DNA of 62,071 nt from Acidobacteriota bacterium (GTDB lineage: Bacteria > Acidobacteriota > DATKUA01), in the NCBI GenBank assembly GCA_035530855.1, contig DATKUA010000257.1, positions 1 through 62,071 of the forward strand. Reading direction: 5' to 3'. Position 1 is the first letter of the stretch, and every line of letters starts with the position of its first letter. Positions 41,737 to 50,536 of the stretch are shown piece after piece. The notes under the pieces were generated by a model. That model saw nothing but the letters and a program-made list of their open reading frames with translations, did no database searches and was not told the DNA's origin. A program made the position numbers and the translations under genes.

Positions 41737-42482
41737 ACGCTTTTCTCCCCGTTATAAGTAACTACCACCCCAAAATTGTATCGCTTGGTGACGATAGTAT
41801 TAAAGCCTGCTCCTCGCATCAACCCTACCATCTCCTCGGGCTTGAAGAACTCGTCCACCGAACGAGGGAGATACTCGTAGGCGGCGCGGCTGCCGGATAC
41901 CAGGCCTCCGATCCATGGCAGGACACGCATGAAATACCAGCGAAAGACGGGGCCGAAGAGCCTTCCTCTGGGGACAGCAAATTCCAGAATCAGGAGTTTA
42001 CCTCCCGGCTTTAATATCCTGTTCATCTCGCCCAGCGCAGCGGGAACGTCGACGACATTGCGGATGCCGAACGCGATGGTCACCGCATCGGCACAACCTC
42101 CAGGCAGCGGCAGTGAGACGGCGTCGGCTGCTATGGGTATAACGGCAGGTCGAATACGCGAATGCTCTCTTTTGGGCTGCACCATGCGCAACATCGGCTC
42201 GCTGAAATCGAGAACCAGCGCGGCTCCGAGTCTCGGCTGTAGTTTCGCCGCCGTCAGTGCCACATCGCCCGTGCCCCCAGCGATGTCAACGAGCAGGTCA
42301 CCACGTTCGAGCCCAAGCCTGCGCAGAGAGCTTTTACGCCACCTGCGGTCTTGCCCGAAACTAAGGATGGTGTTCAGCAGGTCGTAGCGGCCGGCGATTG
42401 CGCCGAACATCGTTTTGATCCGCCCCCGCTTTTCATCCGTGCTGTCAGCGGACCTTTCTTGATCGTTGCTGGAAAGCGTCAT
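41733..42482 (-). CDS. ubiE: demethylmenaquinone / ubiquinone C-methyltransferase
   Basis: 249 aa. 'FGAIAGRYDLLNTILSFGQDRRWR', SAM motif 'LVDIAGGTGD'. Confidence 0.9.
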   Translation of the reverse strand: MTLSSNDQERSADSTDEKRGRIKTMFGAIAGRYDLLNTILSFGQDRRWRKSSLRRLGLERGDLLVDIAGGTGDVALTAAKLQPRLGAALVLDFSEPMLRMVQPKREHSRIRPAVIPIAADAVSLPLPGGCADAVTIAFGIRNVVDVPAALGEMNRILKPGGKLLILEFAVPRGRLFGPVFRWYFMRVLPWIGGLVSGSRAAYEYLPRSVDEFFKPEEMVGLMRGAGFNTIVTKRYNFGVVVTYNGEKSV

Positions 42483-43195
42483 TCGGCGCTATCGCCCCAG
42501 GAGGCGAACAGATTATGGGGGATGCCCAGAATGGAAAGGACTCGGCCTGCGATAAAATCGGCTAGATCGTTAAAAGTTTCCGGATGCTGGTAAAAAGCAG
42601 GCGACGCAGGCGCGATCACTGCTCCTGCTTCCCCGGCGGCTGTCATGTTGCGCAGATGTACCAAACTCAGCGGGCACTCGCGCGGCACCAGCACCAATGG
42701 TCGCCGCTCTTTGAGCGTGACATCCGCCGCGCGCTCGATCAGGTTGCGCGATAGCCCATGACTCACCGCGGCGAGGGTTTTCATCGAGCAGGGAGCGATG
42801 ACCATTCCGCCCGTCTTGTGCGAACCCGAGGAAGGAGGAGCGGCCAGATCCATGTGGTCGTATTCCACCACCTCATCTTCTGTAATCTCACGCCCAAGTT
42901 TCCCGCCGAGCCAGCCGCGAAAACCGGCGGCCCGATCAAACTCGCTGCCCAATTCCTCGGTCATCACCGCACGGCCCATCGGCGAAATTATCACCTCCAG
43001 CCTGCGGCCCGACTCCAGCAACGCCCTCGCAGTGCGCAGCGGATAAATCGCCCCGCTGGCGCCGGTAACGGCGAGCACTATTGGAAGTGTGGAGAAATTT
43101 CCCAACGCTGAACCGCTCCGGCTCAATATGCCTTGATCAGTAAGCTGCGCTCCTCGTCGCCCAGGCTGTATTCGGCACCCCAGTAAGGTAGCCAA
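42479..43195 (-). CDS. ubiX: flavin prenyltransferase UbiX
   Basis: 'IVLAVTGASGAIY', 'PCSMKTLAAV', 'LVPRECPL'. The real start is probably TTG 43105 (GGAG upstream), because the ORF start at 43195 would overlap the upstream gene by 73 nt. Confidence 0.88.
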   Translation of the reverse strand: MATLLGCRIQPGRRGAQLTDQGILSRSGSALGNFSTLPIVLAVTGASGAIYPLRTARALLESGRRLEVIISPMGRAVMTEELGSEFDRAAGFRGWLGGKLGREITEDEVVEYDHMDLAAPPSSGSHKTGGMVIAPCSMKTLAAVSHGLSRNLIERAADVTLKERRPLVLVPRECPLSLVHLRNMTAAGEAGAVIAPASPAFYQHPETFNDLADFIAGRVLSILGIPHNLFASWGDSAE

Positions 43196-44148
43196 ACCCG
43201 CGCGACGCGCAATATTTGAATGGAAAATTTCGACAACGGCGCCTCGACAGAGTTAATGCTCTCGGCCTTGGTGACAAACTCGCTCTCCAGGTTCTTGAAT
43301 TCCTCTATCAGCCCATTGGCAAAGCTGATGAAATCCTCCCTGCGGGACTCAAGCCCGGATACGATGGACTCAGCATCCGCCTTGAGCGTGTCGATATAGG
43401 TATCAACATGCGAGCCCTCCACCTGGTACTCCTGTTGCTCCAGGATCTGCAGATTTATCGCCTTGTTCAGTAATGATTTGCAAGCCAGGCGGAAATCCTC
43501 CACCCAGGCAAGAGCTATCTCCTCCCGAGCGTCCATCGCCGGCGGGTCCACTCTCTCGTAGCTGCGCGCTATCTGATCAATCTTCCTCTCAAACACCATG
43601 CCCAACTCCAACGCCCGCTCGGACTTCTCAGCATTGGCGTAGCTATAGCAGAGTTTGCGGAATTCATCCTCCGACTCGCCAAGCAGAGAGGTAATGCCAT
43701 AGCTGTTGTTGGTGAAGAGGGTCAGGCTTTTTTGCTCTTCGAGGAAATCGAGAAAGCTCTGGGCAACTGAGTGGTAGTCGACACTGATGTTCTCGCTCTC
43801 GCGAACGAGGTGCTCAACCATCTCGTCGGGTACAGGCATGAGGGATCTGCGGGCGATGAGCGCCACAGGTCTGGACCAGTCTATCGATCTGCGTTTCCTG
43901 TCGAGTTCAATCAGGCGATCAATGTAATCTATGTTGAAGACACCGAAATCGCTGTCGTCGAAAGACAACTCGCCCAGTACATAAACACCGTGGTGAAATT
44001 CGAGGCGGAGTTCCAGCGAAGTGATCTCGTTGCGCATGTACCAGCTCTTTATCCTGAAGAGCTTGGGGAACAGGAAAGTCTCTTCCGGATGGTCGAGGTC
44101 CGCGTCGATTGTCCTGACTATCCGTCCTGGTCCTCTGGTCGATCCCAC
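43123..44148 (-). CDS. hypothetical soluble, helix-rich protein
   Basis: The open frame runs to 44223. GTG 44148 (AGGA upstream) lies 25 nt after the upstream stop. No TM helix or signal peptide. Acidic and helix-rich. GC lower than neighbours in the stretches I counted. No family recognised. Confidence 0.5.
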   Translation of the reverse strand: MGSTRGPGRIVRTIDADLDHPEETFLFPKLFRIKSWYMRNEITSLELRLEFHHGVYVLGELSFDDSDFGVFNIDYIDRLIELDRKRRSIDWSRPVALIARRSLMPVPDEMVEHLVRESENISVDYHSVAQSFLDFLEEQKSLTLFTNNSYGITSLLGESEDEFRKLCYSYANAEKSERALELGMVFERKIDQIARSYERVDPPAMDAREEIALAWVEDFRLACKSLLNKAINLQILEQQEYQVEGSHVDTYIDTLKADAESIVSGLESRREDFISFANGLIEEFKNLESEFVTKAESINSVEAPLSKFSIQILRVARVWLPYWGAEYSLGDEERSLLIKAY

Positions 44149-44173
44149 CTGCTGATTCCTTCCCTCTCTATGC

Positions 44174-45748
44174 CTACCGCCAGGGCCAGCTGTAGACCAC
44201 CAACTGCGCGCCCCCGAATGCATCCCGCCCGCAAATTGCCAATGCTATTGAACGGGAGCCCGGCGGATTGTATGCCGTGAAAGCCAAGATGTCGAGCCGC
44301 GAGGAAATTTTATGCTCAGCTGCGACCCCCGACCAAATATTCATCGAAGTCACTGCGCTTCCGCCCGGCGCAGCCTCGGCCAAAATGATCCATCCTGGCT
44401 TCAAACCGCCCAGTGCACTGCCCACTCGTATGGCGCCACCTGACTTCACCGACTCTCGGTCCACATTGCCGCTAACTCGATTCCATAGAGCCAGATCGCC
44501 GGAGACCGAGACGACCAGCATCAATTCACCGTTTCGATCGAGACTGCTTAATGCGCGGGTTTTTCCGATCTCGGCAGTTGTGCGCGACGTGAGGTTGCGA
44601 TCGATTATAAACAGCGTGTCCTCAAAGATATCTTCACCCGGACGGTAACGCCCGGCGAGGAATGCAGGCCGGCCGTCGAGCGTGGCCGCCTCCAGCGGTT
44701 GCAGGTCGCAGAAACTGAAACTGATATTGCGCTCATCAAGCCATACTACGGCACCGCTCGACCAGAGGTTGGATCCGATGATAAGTTCCTGATGCCCATC
44801 CTCGTTGAGGTCAAGGGGAATCACCCTTCCCGTGGGGGTCCTGGTTGCATAGGTTGCTCTCGGCAGATCCGTCAGCGCGATCTTTTTTATTAAAACGGTC
44901 GAGCCTTCGCCAACGGAATAAATCAACAATTCACGATGCCTGAGCACCGCCAGTTCGTCACCCTCGTTGCCGTCATAATCAAAAGCCGCAACATCCAGGA
45001 CATCGGCAGGAAGAGGCACGGAAAACAACATCCTCGTGCCGCCCATCTCGGGCTCCCGGCTTTCCTCTGTGAACAGCAAAGCGAGCTCCGGCGTCATTGA
45101 TCTCGAAATCCCGAAAATCTCGTCGCTCTGTTCATCCGCGGAAATCACTTGGCAAATCAGGAACACTCTGTTTCCGGATACACGTAGGATTATGTTCAGC
45201 ACTGCGGCGAATCCCTGCCGCTCGAGCAGTTCGCGCAAGCGCGGGATATCCTCCACTAGAAACGGATTGTCACTGTACGCCGCATTCTCAACTGCTCCCG
45301 TTCTGAATAGTCCCGTGGCCTCCAGGCGGGAAGACACTGACTTCTCCAGCTGACCCTGCAACGCCGAAGCTATCCGGGCAAGGCTGAATAGCCTCACGGC
45401 AAGCCGCAAAGGTCGCCCGTCAGGTGTGAGCAGATCTCCCGATCTCACTGATCCCGGGGCTTCGCCTCGGATAAGCTGTTCCAGCTGTCCGCCTGCCAGT
45501 CTGGCGACGGGCTTGTAAACAAGGCGGTCTCTCTCCCGCACACGCCTAAACACGCGGTACGAATTGGCACCCGCATCGGGCAAGGCCGGTGCAACGAACG
45601 CCAAGCCGGACTCGACTGTCAGCCTGTGGAGTGCGGAAACCTTCGCCTGCTCGAACCTCTCGATAAACAGGTCCCATAGGCCGTCCAACGACTCCTCTCC
45701 CGTTTGCGCGGGGAAGAGAAGCGCCAGGCTGAGTAACAGGTAAATCAT
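44174..45748 (-). CDS. secreted protein with FG-GAP/VCBS-like beta-propeller repeats
   Basis: 524 aa. Signal peptide 'MIYLLLSLALLFPAQTG'. C-terminal repeats such as 'AFDYDGNEGDELAVL' and 'LDLNEDGHQELIIGSN'. The start overlaps the rqcH stop (ATGA). Confidence 0.6.
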   Translation of the reverse strand: MIYLLLSLALLFPAQTGEESLDGLWDLFIERFEQAKVSALHRLTVESGLAFVAPALPDAGANSYRVFRRVRERDRLVYKPVARLAGGQLEQLIRGEAPGSVRSGDLLTPDGRPLRLAVRLFSLARIASALQGQLEKSVSSRLEATGLFRTGAVENAAYSDNPFLVEDIPRLRELLERQGFAAVLNIILRVSGNRVFLICQVISADEQSDEIFGISRSMTPELALLFTEESREPEMGGTRMLFSVPLPADVLDVAAFDYDGNEGDELAVLRHRELLIYSVGEGSTVLIKKIALTDLPRATYATRTPTGRVIPLDLNEDGHQELIIGSNLWSSGAVVWLDERNISFSFCDLQPLEAATLDGRPAFLAGRYRPGEDIFEDTLFIIDRNLTSRTTAEIGKTRALSSLDRNGELMLVVSVSGDLALWNRVSGNVDRESVKSGGAIRVGSALGGLKPGWIILAEAAPGGSAVTSMNIWSGVAAEHKISSRLDILAFTAYNPPGSRSIALAICGRDAFGGAQLVVYSWPWR

Positions 45749-47412
45749 AGTTTTCGCACCGATTGCGGAATATCGGGGTCCGCGGTCAGCGAACGATAAC
45801 TCGTCAACAGCACCTTGCCCGGCTCTCCGCCCCTCACCTTTTTCAGAAAACGCCGCTCCGTCCAGTGTACCTGAACATTCCTCGACTGACGGGCCTTGCT
45901 GTAGTATGCCGCTAAAGAGGCCGCCTCCGCCATCGTCGCGGCAGGCAGCCTTTCCAGCTTGTGCGTGTTGCGCACAAGGACGTGCGAGCCGCCGTAGCCC
46001 GCCGTGTGAAACCAGAAATCGTTGTCCTTGCCGACGCCGAATGTCACTTTCTCGTTGTCGCGATTGTTACGCCCGATCACGATTTCGAGGCCGTCCGAAG
46101 AAAGAAAGCGCCTCCCGGGCTTCGCCACAATCTTTTCCCTCTTCCTCTGGCGTTGAGTGATCCATCCGCGGTCCGTGAGCTGCTTGCGAAGTGCGCGGAT
46201 TCCCTTCAGATCACTCGAATCCTGACACGCCGCCGACTGCCCCTCTATCTTAGCCAGATCCGATAATTCCCCGTCCAGTTCGGCCAGGCGATCACTGATA
46301 CTGCCGACGGCGCGCCTGGCTTTACGGGCGCGCTTGTAATAACGCTTTGCATTGGCGGCAGGATCAAGCGCGGGATCGAGATCGATGCTCAACATGCTGC
46401 CGTCGCCCTTGTAGATATCCTCAACCTCAATCTTATCCAATCCCCTGCCCATCCTGCCGATGTTGGCCAAAATCAAGTTGCCTAATTGGTCAATGTCGGT
46501 TTCTTTTTCATTTTTCTTCAGATCGTTTTGCAGGTTGGAAGCGAGTTTTTTCAGGCGATTGCTCCGTTGCTTGAGCACCGAGTTTATTTGCGAGAGCTCC
46601 AGTGCAAATGCCGCGGCCCGCATCCGCTTGCGGAAAAATATGTCCGCAGCGTCGTTGGGATCATCGAAAAGTTCCGGCGGCTCAATAACGTCTACGCGAT
46701 AATTGTCGGGTAGCAGCAACAGCGACGTTTCGTCCCCGGTCTCGGGCGAAAAGATACCCGCCCGGAAGCGCAGCTCACGCAACTCCTCCAGGAATTCCAT
46801 TGCAGTCTCGACAGAATCCTCAAGCCGGGTAACAATCTCTGCGGCGAGCTGCGGGCCGGCTCCTTTGATGCCGGCTTTGATCGACTTTTCAGGATTATCG
46901 TCTCCTGAAATCTTTTCCAGGAACGCCTTCAATTTTTCCGTTGCCGGTTCGTAGATATCGAATTCGCCCGGGGGCGGCGACGGCGGCAGGTACGGTTCAC
47001 CGGGATCGGCATTAAAGCCGGCGATGACTATGCCCTCTGCGCCGGCAAGAACGAGATCAACCCTATTCGGGACGGCCAGGAAAAACAGTAACGATTCCTC
47101 TCCTTCAGGCAATTTGAACCGAAACGTGAGCAGCCGATCAGAGGGAACCTTTTCGATAGCCGTCAGCTCGGCTTTTTCCAGCATCGACCGCATTCGCGCA
47201 GCGAGTGTGCCGAAAACGGGTGACGGCTGACGCGCCTCGGCCTGCTCCCGCGCCATCAGCAGCGGCAAATCCGGCCTGAGGCAGAAAAACAAGTGGGACG
47301 AAATCATGCGTACGACGACTCCGTCTCGTGCTGCATAGACCTCCCCTACGCGGTCCCCCACAAGAACAGACCTCAGCCTCTCGACAAGAAGGTTGAGAAC
47401 CTGATTATCCAT
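45745..47412 (-). CDS. rqcH: NFACT-family ribosome quality-control protein (RqcH / FbpA-like)
   Basis: 555 aa. NFACT-N-like N-terminus with 'PSDRLLTFRF', a central coiled coil and the NFACT-R/DUF814 motif 'FWFHTAGYGGSHVLVR'. Confidence 0.8.
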   Translation of the reverse strand: MDNQVLNLLVERLRSVLVGDRVGEVYAARDGVVVRMISSHLFFCLRPDLPLLMAREQAEARQPSPVFGTLAARMRSMLEKAELTAIEKVPSDRLLTFRFKLPEGEESLLFFLAVPNRVDLVLAGAEGIVIAGFNADPGEPYLPPSPPPGEFDIYEPATEKLKAFLEKISGDDNPEKSIKAGIKGAGPQLAAEIVTRLEDSVETAMEFLEELRELRFRAGIFSPETGDETSLLLLPDNYRVDVIEPPELFDDPNDAADIFFRKRMRAAAFALELSQINSVLKQRSNRLKKLASNLQNDLKKNEKETDIDQLGNLILANIGRMGRGLDKIEVEDIYKGDGSMLSIDLDPALDPAANAKRYYKRARKARRAVGSISDRLAELDGELSDLAKIEGQSAACQDSSDLKGIRALRKQLTDRGWITQRQRKREKIVAKPGRRFLSSDGLEIVIGRNNRDNEKVTFGVGKDNDFWFHTAGYGGSHVLVRNTHKLERLPAATMAEAASLAAYYSKARQSRNVQVHWTERRFLKKVRGGEPGKVLLTSYRSLTADPDIPQSVRKL

Positions 47413-47448
47413 CTCTCTGACGCGGGGATTAGACCCGCCTCATGGCGC

Positions 47449-49008
47449 TCAATTGAAACCCAAGGTTATCGTCCTGCCAGGCAGAACATTAGTGAGCGTA
47501 GCTGTAGAGCCGTCGAGGAATTGGACAAGGACATCGACGCGCTGTTTCTTCTTCGATAGCCCGATGTGCACTTCCGGAGAATTCTGGGAGACGTAACCGG
47601 TCGATCCGCCGACCTGCCGGTAAGCCATAAGCGACATTGCTTTCCCGAGATCACCTGCCCTATAAATCCAGACTCGCGCTCCGATCGCGCCGGTCTCACC
47701 CGAGGGCGCCGTCAAACGCAATTTGAGGTAATTAAAATTGTCACGTTCGTTGCGGAAAAGCTGGGCTGTGCCTGCCTTATGAGCCACCACAATGTCCAGG
47801 TCGCCGTCGTTGTCGTAATCGCCAAGGGCCATGCCGCGCGGATCGTAATAGCTTGGAGGAACGGCCCCGATGTTGCCTAATTGCTTGAAGCGATTGCCCC
47901 CGAGGTTCTGGAACACGACAAAGCTCTCCGTCACATTCCTGTAAGCGATGATGATGTCCTGTTTGCCGTCGTTGTCGATATCGCCAAAGGCCGCGGTGAA
48001 GCCCTGACCCTGCAGGCCGGACTCGCCGGTCATTTCGACAAACACCCCGTCGCCCTCGTTAACGAAGAAGCGAAGCTGGTCGCCAAGCAGGATCATGTCG
48101 AGGTCGCCGTCGTTGTCGCTGTCGCCAAGTGCGGCGCCGTTGCACTTGTAGTTGTGACTGTTGAAATCTACGCCGATTTGGCTGCCAATGTCGGTGAAGC
48201 CGCCATTGCCGTTGTTGAGCCAAAGGCTGTTACTCAGCCCGCCCACGTTGCTGTCGGGCCATTTCGACTCGACCAGATCGAGATCGCCGTCGTTGTCCAC
48301 ATCGCCGACGGTTATCCCCTGAGTAAAGCCGCTGAAACTCAAGCCATTGTACTTGCGCTGGAAGCGAGCCTTGCCCTTGTTATGATAGTAGCGACTTATC
48401 GTCAGCAGATTATCGGGCCGGTCGGAGTTGCTCACCGGGTTGGTGATGACAAAATCGACGCGTCCGTCTCCGTCGAAATCCCCGGCGGCTAGACCCCTGG
48501 TCAGGAATTTTGGACCGTAGATCCCTGATTTTTTGGTAAAATCACTGAAATATCCATCGCCGCGATTCAGATAGACGCGGTTCTGCCCACCGATGCCGCC
48601 ACCCCCCGCATTGCCGAGGAGGAGATCGAAATCGCCGTCATTGTCGATATCGGCAAAGACCACCCCATGGGACCCGGCGTCGTCTCCGTCAACGCCGCGC
48701 GTTCTTGCCTCCTCCTTAAACTTGCCGTTGCCCTGGTTGATGTAAAGATAATTGGGGCGTTGCGGCGGGTAGAGAGTGTTCGTGATGCAGATATCCAGGA
48801 AGCCGTCGTCGTTGACGTCGACGAAGGCGACGCCATGGCCGCCCTCGTCACCGGCGGTATAGATGCCGGCAAATCCGGAGACGTCGGTAAACTTGAAACG
48901 CGCTGCCGGCGGTCCGACATCGGGACTACTTGAATCTTCAGCCGCAATAACGATTAGTGGTAACGACAAGCTCAATGATATCAGCAAAAATGCAATGCTG
49001 GATCTCAT
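47449..49008 (-). CDS. CRTAC1-family protein (FG-GAP/VCBS repeats plus ASPIC/UnbV C-terminal domain)
   Basis: 519 aa. Signal peptide. Repeated 'F.D.DNDGD.D' motifs and a C-terminal 'GARVWIY..YVSQNSPEVHIGL' UnbV-like domain. Confidence 0.85.
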   Translation of the reverse strand: MRSSIAFLLISLSLSLPLIVIAAEDSSSPDVGPPAARFKFTDVSGFAGIYTAGDEGGHGVAFVDVNDDGFLDICITNTLYPPQRPNYLYINQGNGKFKEEARTRGVDGDDAGSHGVVFADIDNDGDFDLLLGNAGGGGIGGQNRVYLNRGDGYFSDFTKKSGIYGPKFLTRGLAAGDFDGDGRVDFVITNPVSNSDRPDNLLTISRYYHNKGKARFQRKYNGLSFSGFTQGITVGDVDNDGDLDLVESKWPDSNVGGLSNSLWLNNGNGGFTDIGSQIGVDFNSHNYKCNGAALGDSDNDGDLDMILLGDQLRFFVNEGDGVFVEMTGESGLQGQGFTAAFGDIDNDGKQDIIIAYRNVTESFVVFQNLGGNRFKQLGNIGAVPPSYYDPRGMALGDYDNDGDLDIVVAHKAGTAQLFRNERDNFNYLKLRLTAPSGETGAIGARVWIYRAGDLGKAMSLMAYRQVGGSTGYVSQNSPEVHIGLSKKKQRVDVLVQFLDGSTATLTNVLPGRTITLGFN

Positions 49009-49060
49009 ACTTAACTCCTAATAGGCTTGCGGAAGATTCTAGAGCCGGCAGGGTGGAGCG

Positions 49061-50425
49061 TCAACGGCTCACTCCACCGATCTCGATACCATAAGCTTTG
49101 AGTTTGCGATAAAGATGGCTACGCTCAATCTTCAACGCCTTCGCCGTCTCAGCGACGTTGTAATCGAGTTGCGCGAGCTTCGAGCTGATCAACATCCGCT
49201 CGAAATACTCACGGGCCTCCTTGAGCGAGTCGAATTCCATTTCCTCGACCGGTTCTTCACCACTTCCCCTTGCGGTGTAAGCGAGGTCTTCAGCCCCGAT
49301 TGTCTCGCCGGGGACCATAATCATCAGGCGCTCGATCGTGTTACGCAATTCGCGTACGTTGCCGGGCCAGTCGTGCCGCTTCAACATATCCAGAACCGCC
49401 GCTTCGAATTCCTTCGGCTTGCGGCCGAAACGCTCGGCCAAATCTTTTAGGAAGTGTTCGGCGAGCAACGGGATGTCGTCCCTGCGCTCGCGCAATGGTG
49501 GCACACGGACCGGGATGACGTTGATGCGGAAATAGAGATCTTTGCGGAAACGGCCCTCGCCGATTTCCTCCTCGAGGTTCTTATTCGTGGCGACTATGAC
49601 CCGCACATTTACGCTGACGGAGCGGTTGCCGCCGACGGGCTCTATCCGCTGCTCCTGAAGCGCGCGCAACACCTTCGCTTGTGTCTTGAGGCTCATATCG
49701 CCGATCTCGTCGAGGAACAATGTGCCTCCGTCGGCCGCCTGGAACTTGCCGACCTTGTCCTCGCTCGCGCCGGTGAACGAGCCCTTCTTGTGGCCGAACA
49801 GCTCGCTTTCGATCAGTTCGTCGGGAATCGCTGCGCAGTTCACCTCGACGAAAGGGCCTTCCGCCCTGGCGCTGCCGCGGTGAATGGCGCGCGCAACCAG
49901 TTCCTTGCCGGTGCCGTTCTCGCCGAAGATCAGCACGCGGCTGTCCGACGGCGCGGCCAACTCGATTTCGCTGCGCAGGCGTCGCATCGCTTTGCTCTCG
50001 CCGACCATCTCATGCTCGGCCGCGAGTCGGCGTTGCAACTCGACGTTCTCACGTTCCAACTGCCGTTGGCGCATTGCGTTGCGGACCACCAGCACTGTCT
50101 TGTCGAGGCTGAGCGGCTTCTCGATGAAGTCCCACGCCCCCAGCCTCGTCGCACGCACGGCGCTCTCAACGGTGCCGTGACCGCTGATCATAATTACCTG
50201 CGCGGGATTTCCCTCCTTTTTCAGCTGCTCCAGCACCTCGAGGCCGTCCATCTCCGGAAGCCAGACGTCGAGGATGACCAGTTCGAATTCGCCGTTCCTG
50301 GCCACCTCGAGGCAGCGCTCGCCGCTGCCCACCGCCTCCACGTCGAACCCTTCGTCCTCGAGGATACCGCGCAGCGTTGTGCGTATCCCCTTCTCGTCGT
50401 CGACTATCAGTATTCGCTCTGGCAT
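49061..50425 (-). CDS. sigma-54-dependent response regulator (NtrC/NtrX family)
   Basis: Receiver domain 'ILIVDDE..DVWLP'. AAA+ module 'GENGTGKE' with 'ESELFGHKKGSFTGA'. C-terminal Fis-type HTH. ATG at 50425. Confidence 0.92.
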   Translation of the reverse strand: MPERILIVDDEKGIRTTLRGILEDEGFDVEAVGSGERCLEVARNGEFELVILDVWLPEMDGLEVLEQLKKEGNPAQVIMISGHGTVESAVRATRLGAWDFIEKPLSLDKTVLVVRNAMRQRQLERENVELQRRLAAEHEMVGESKAMRRLRSEIELAAPSDSRVLIFGENGTGKELVARAIHRGSARAEGPFVEVNCAAIPDELIESELFGHKKGSFTGASEDKVGKFQAADGGTLFLDEIGDMSLKTQAKVLRALQEQRIEPVGGNRSVSVNVRVIVATNKNLEEEIGEGRFRKDLYFRINVIPVRVPPLRERRDDIPLLAEHFLKDLAERFGRKPKEFEAAVLDMLKRHDWPGNVRELRNTIERLMIMVPGETIGAEDLAYTARGSGEEPVEEMEFDSLKEAREYFERMLISSKLAQLDYNVAETAKALKIERSHLYRKLKAYGIEIGGVSR

Positions 50426-50536
50426 AGGCTCCGCCGTCAACTGGATTTCATAGAGTATAACTCCCGCAAAGTTACGTATCAAAAAATGTGAAGTCTGCCC
50501 ATATCGATTTGGGATCAGTGGATTTCAATCGGCGAA

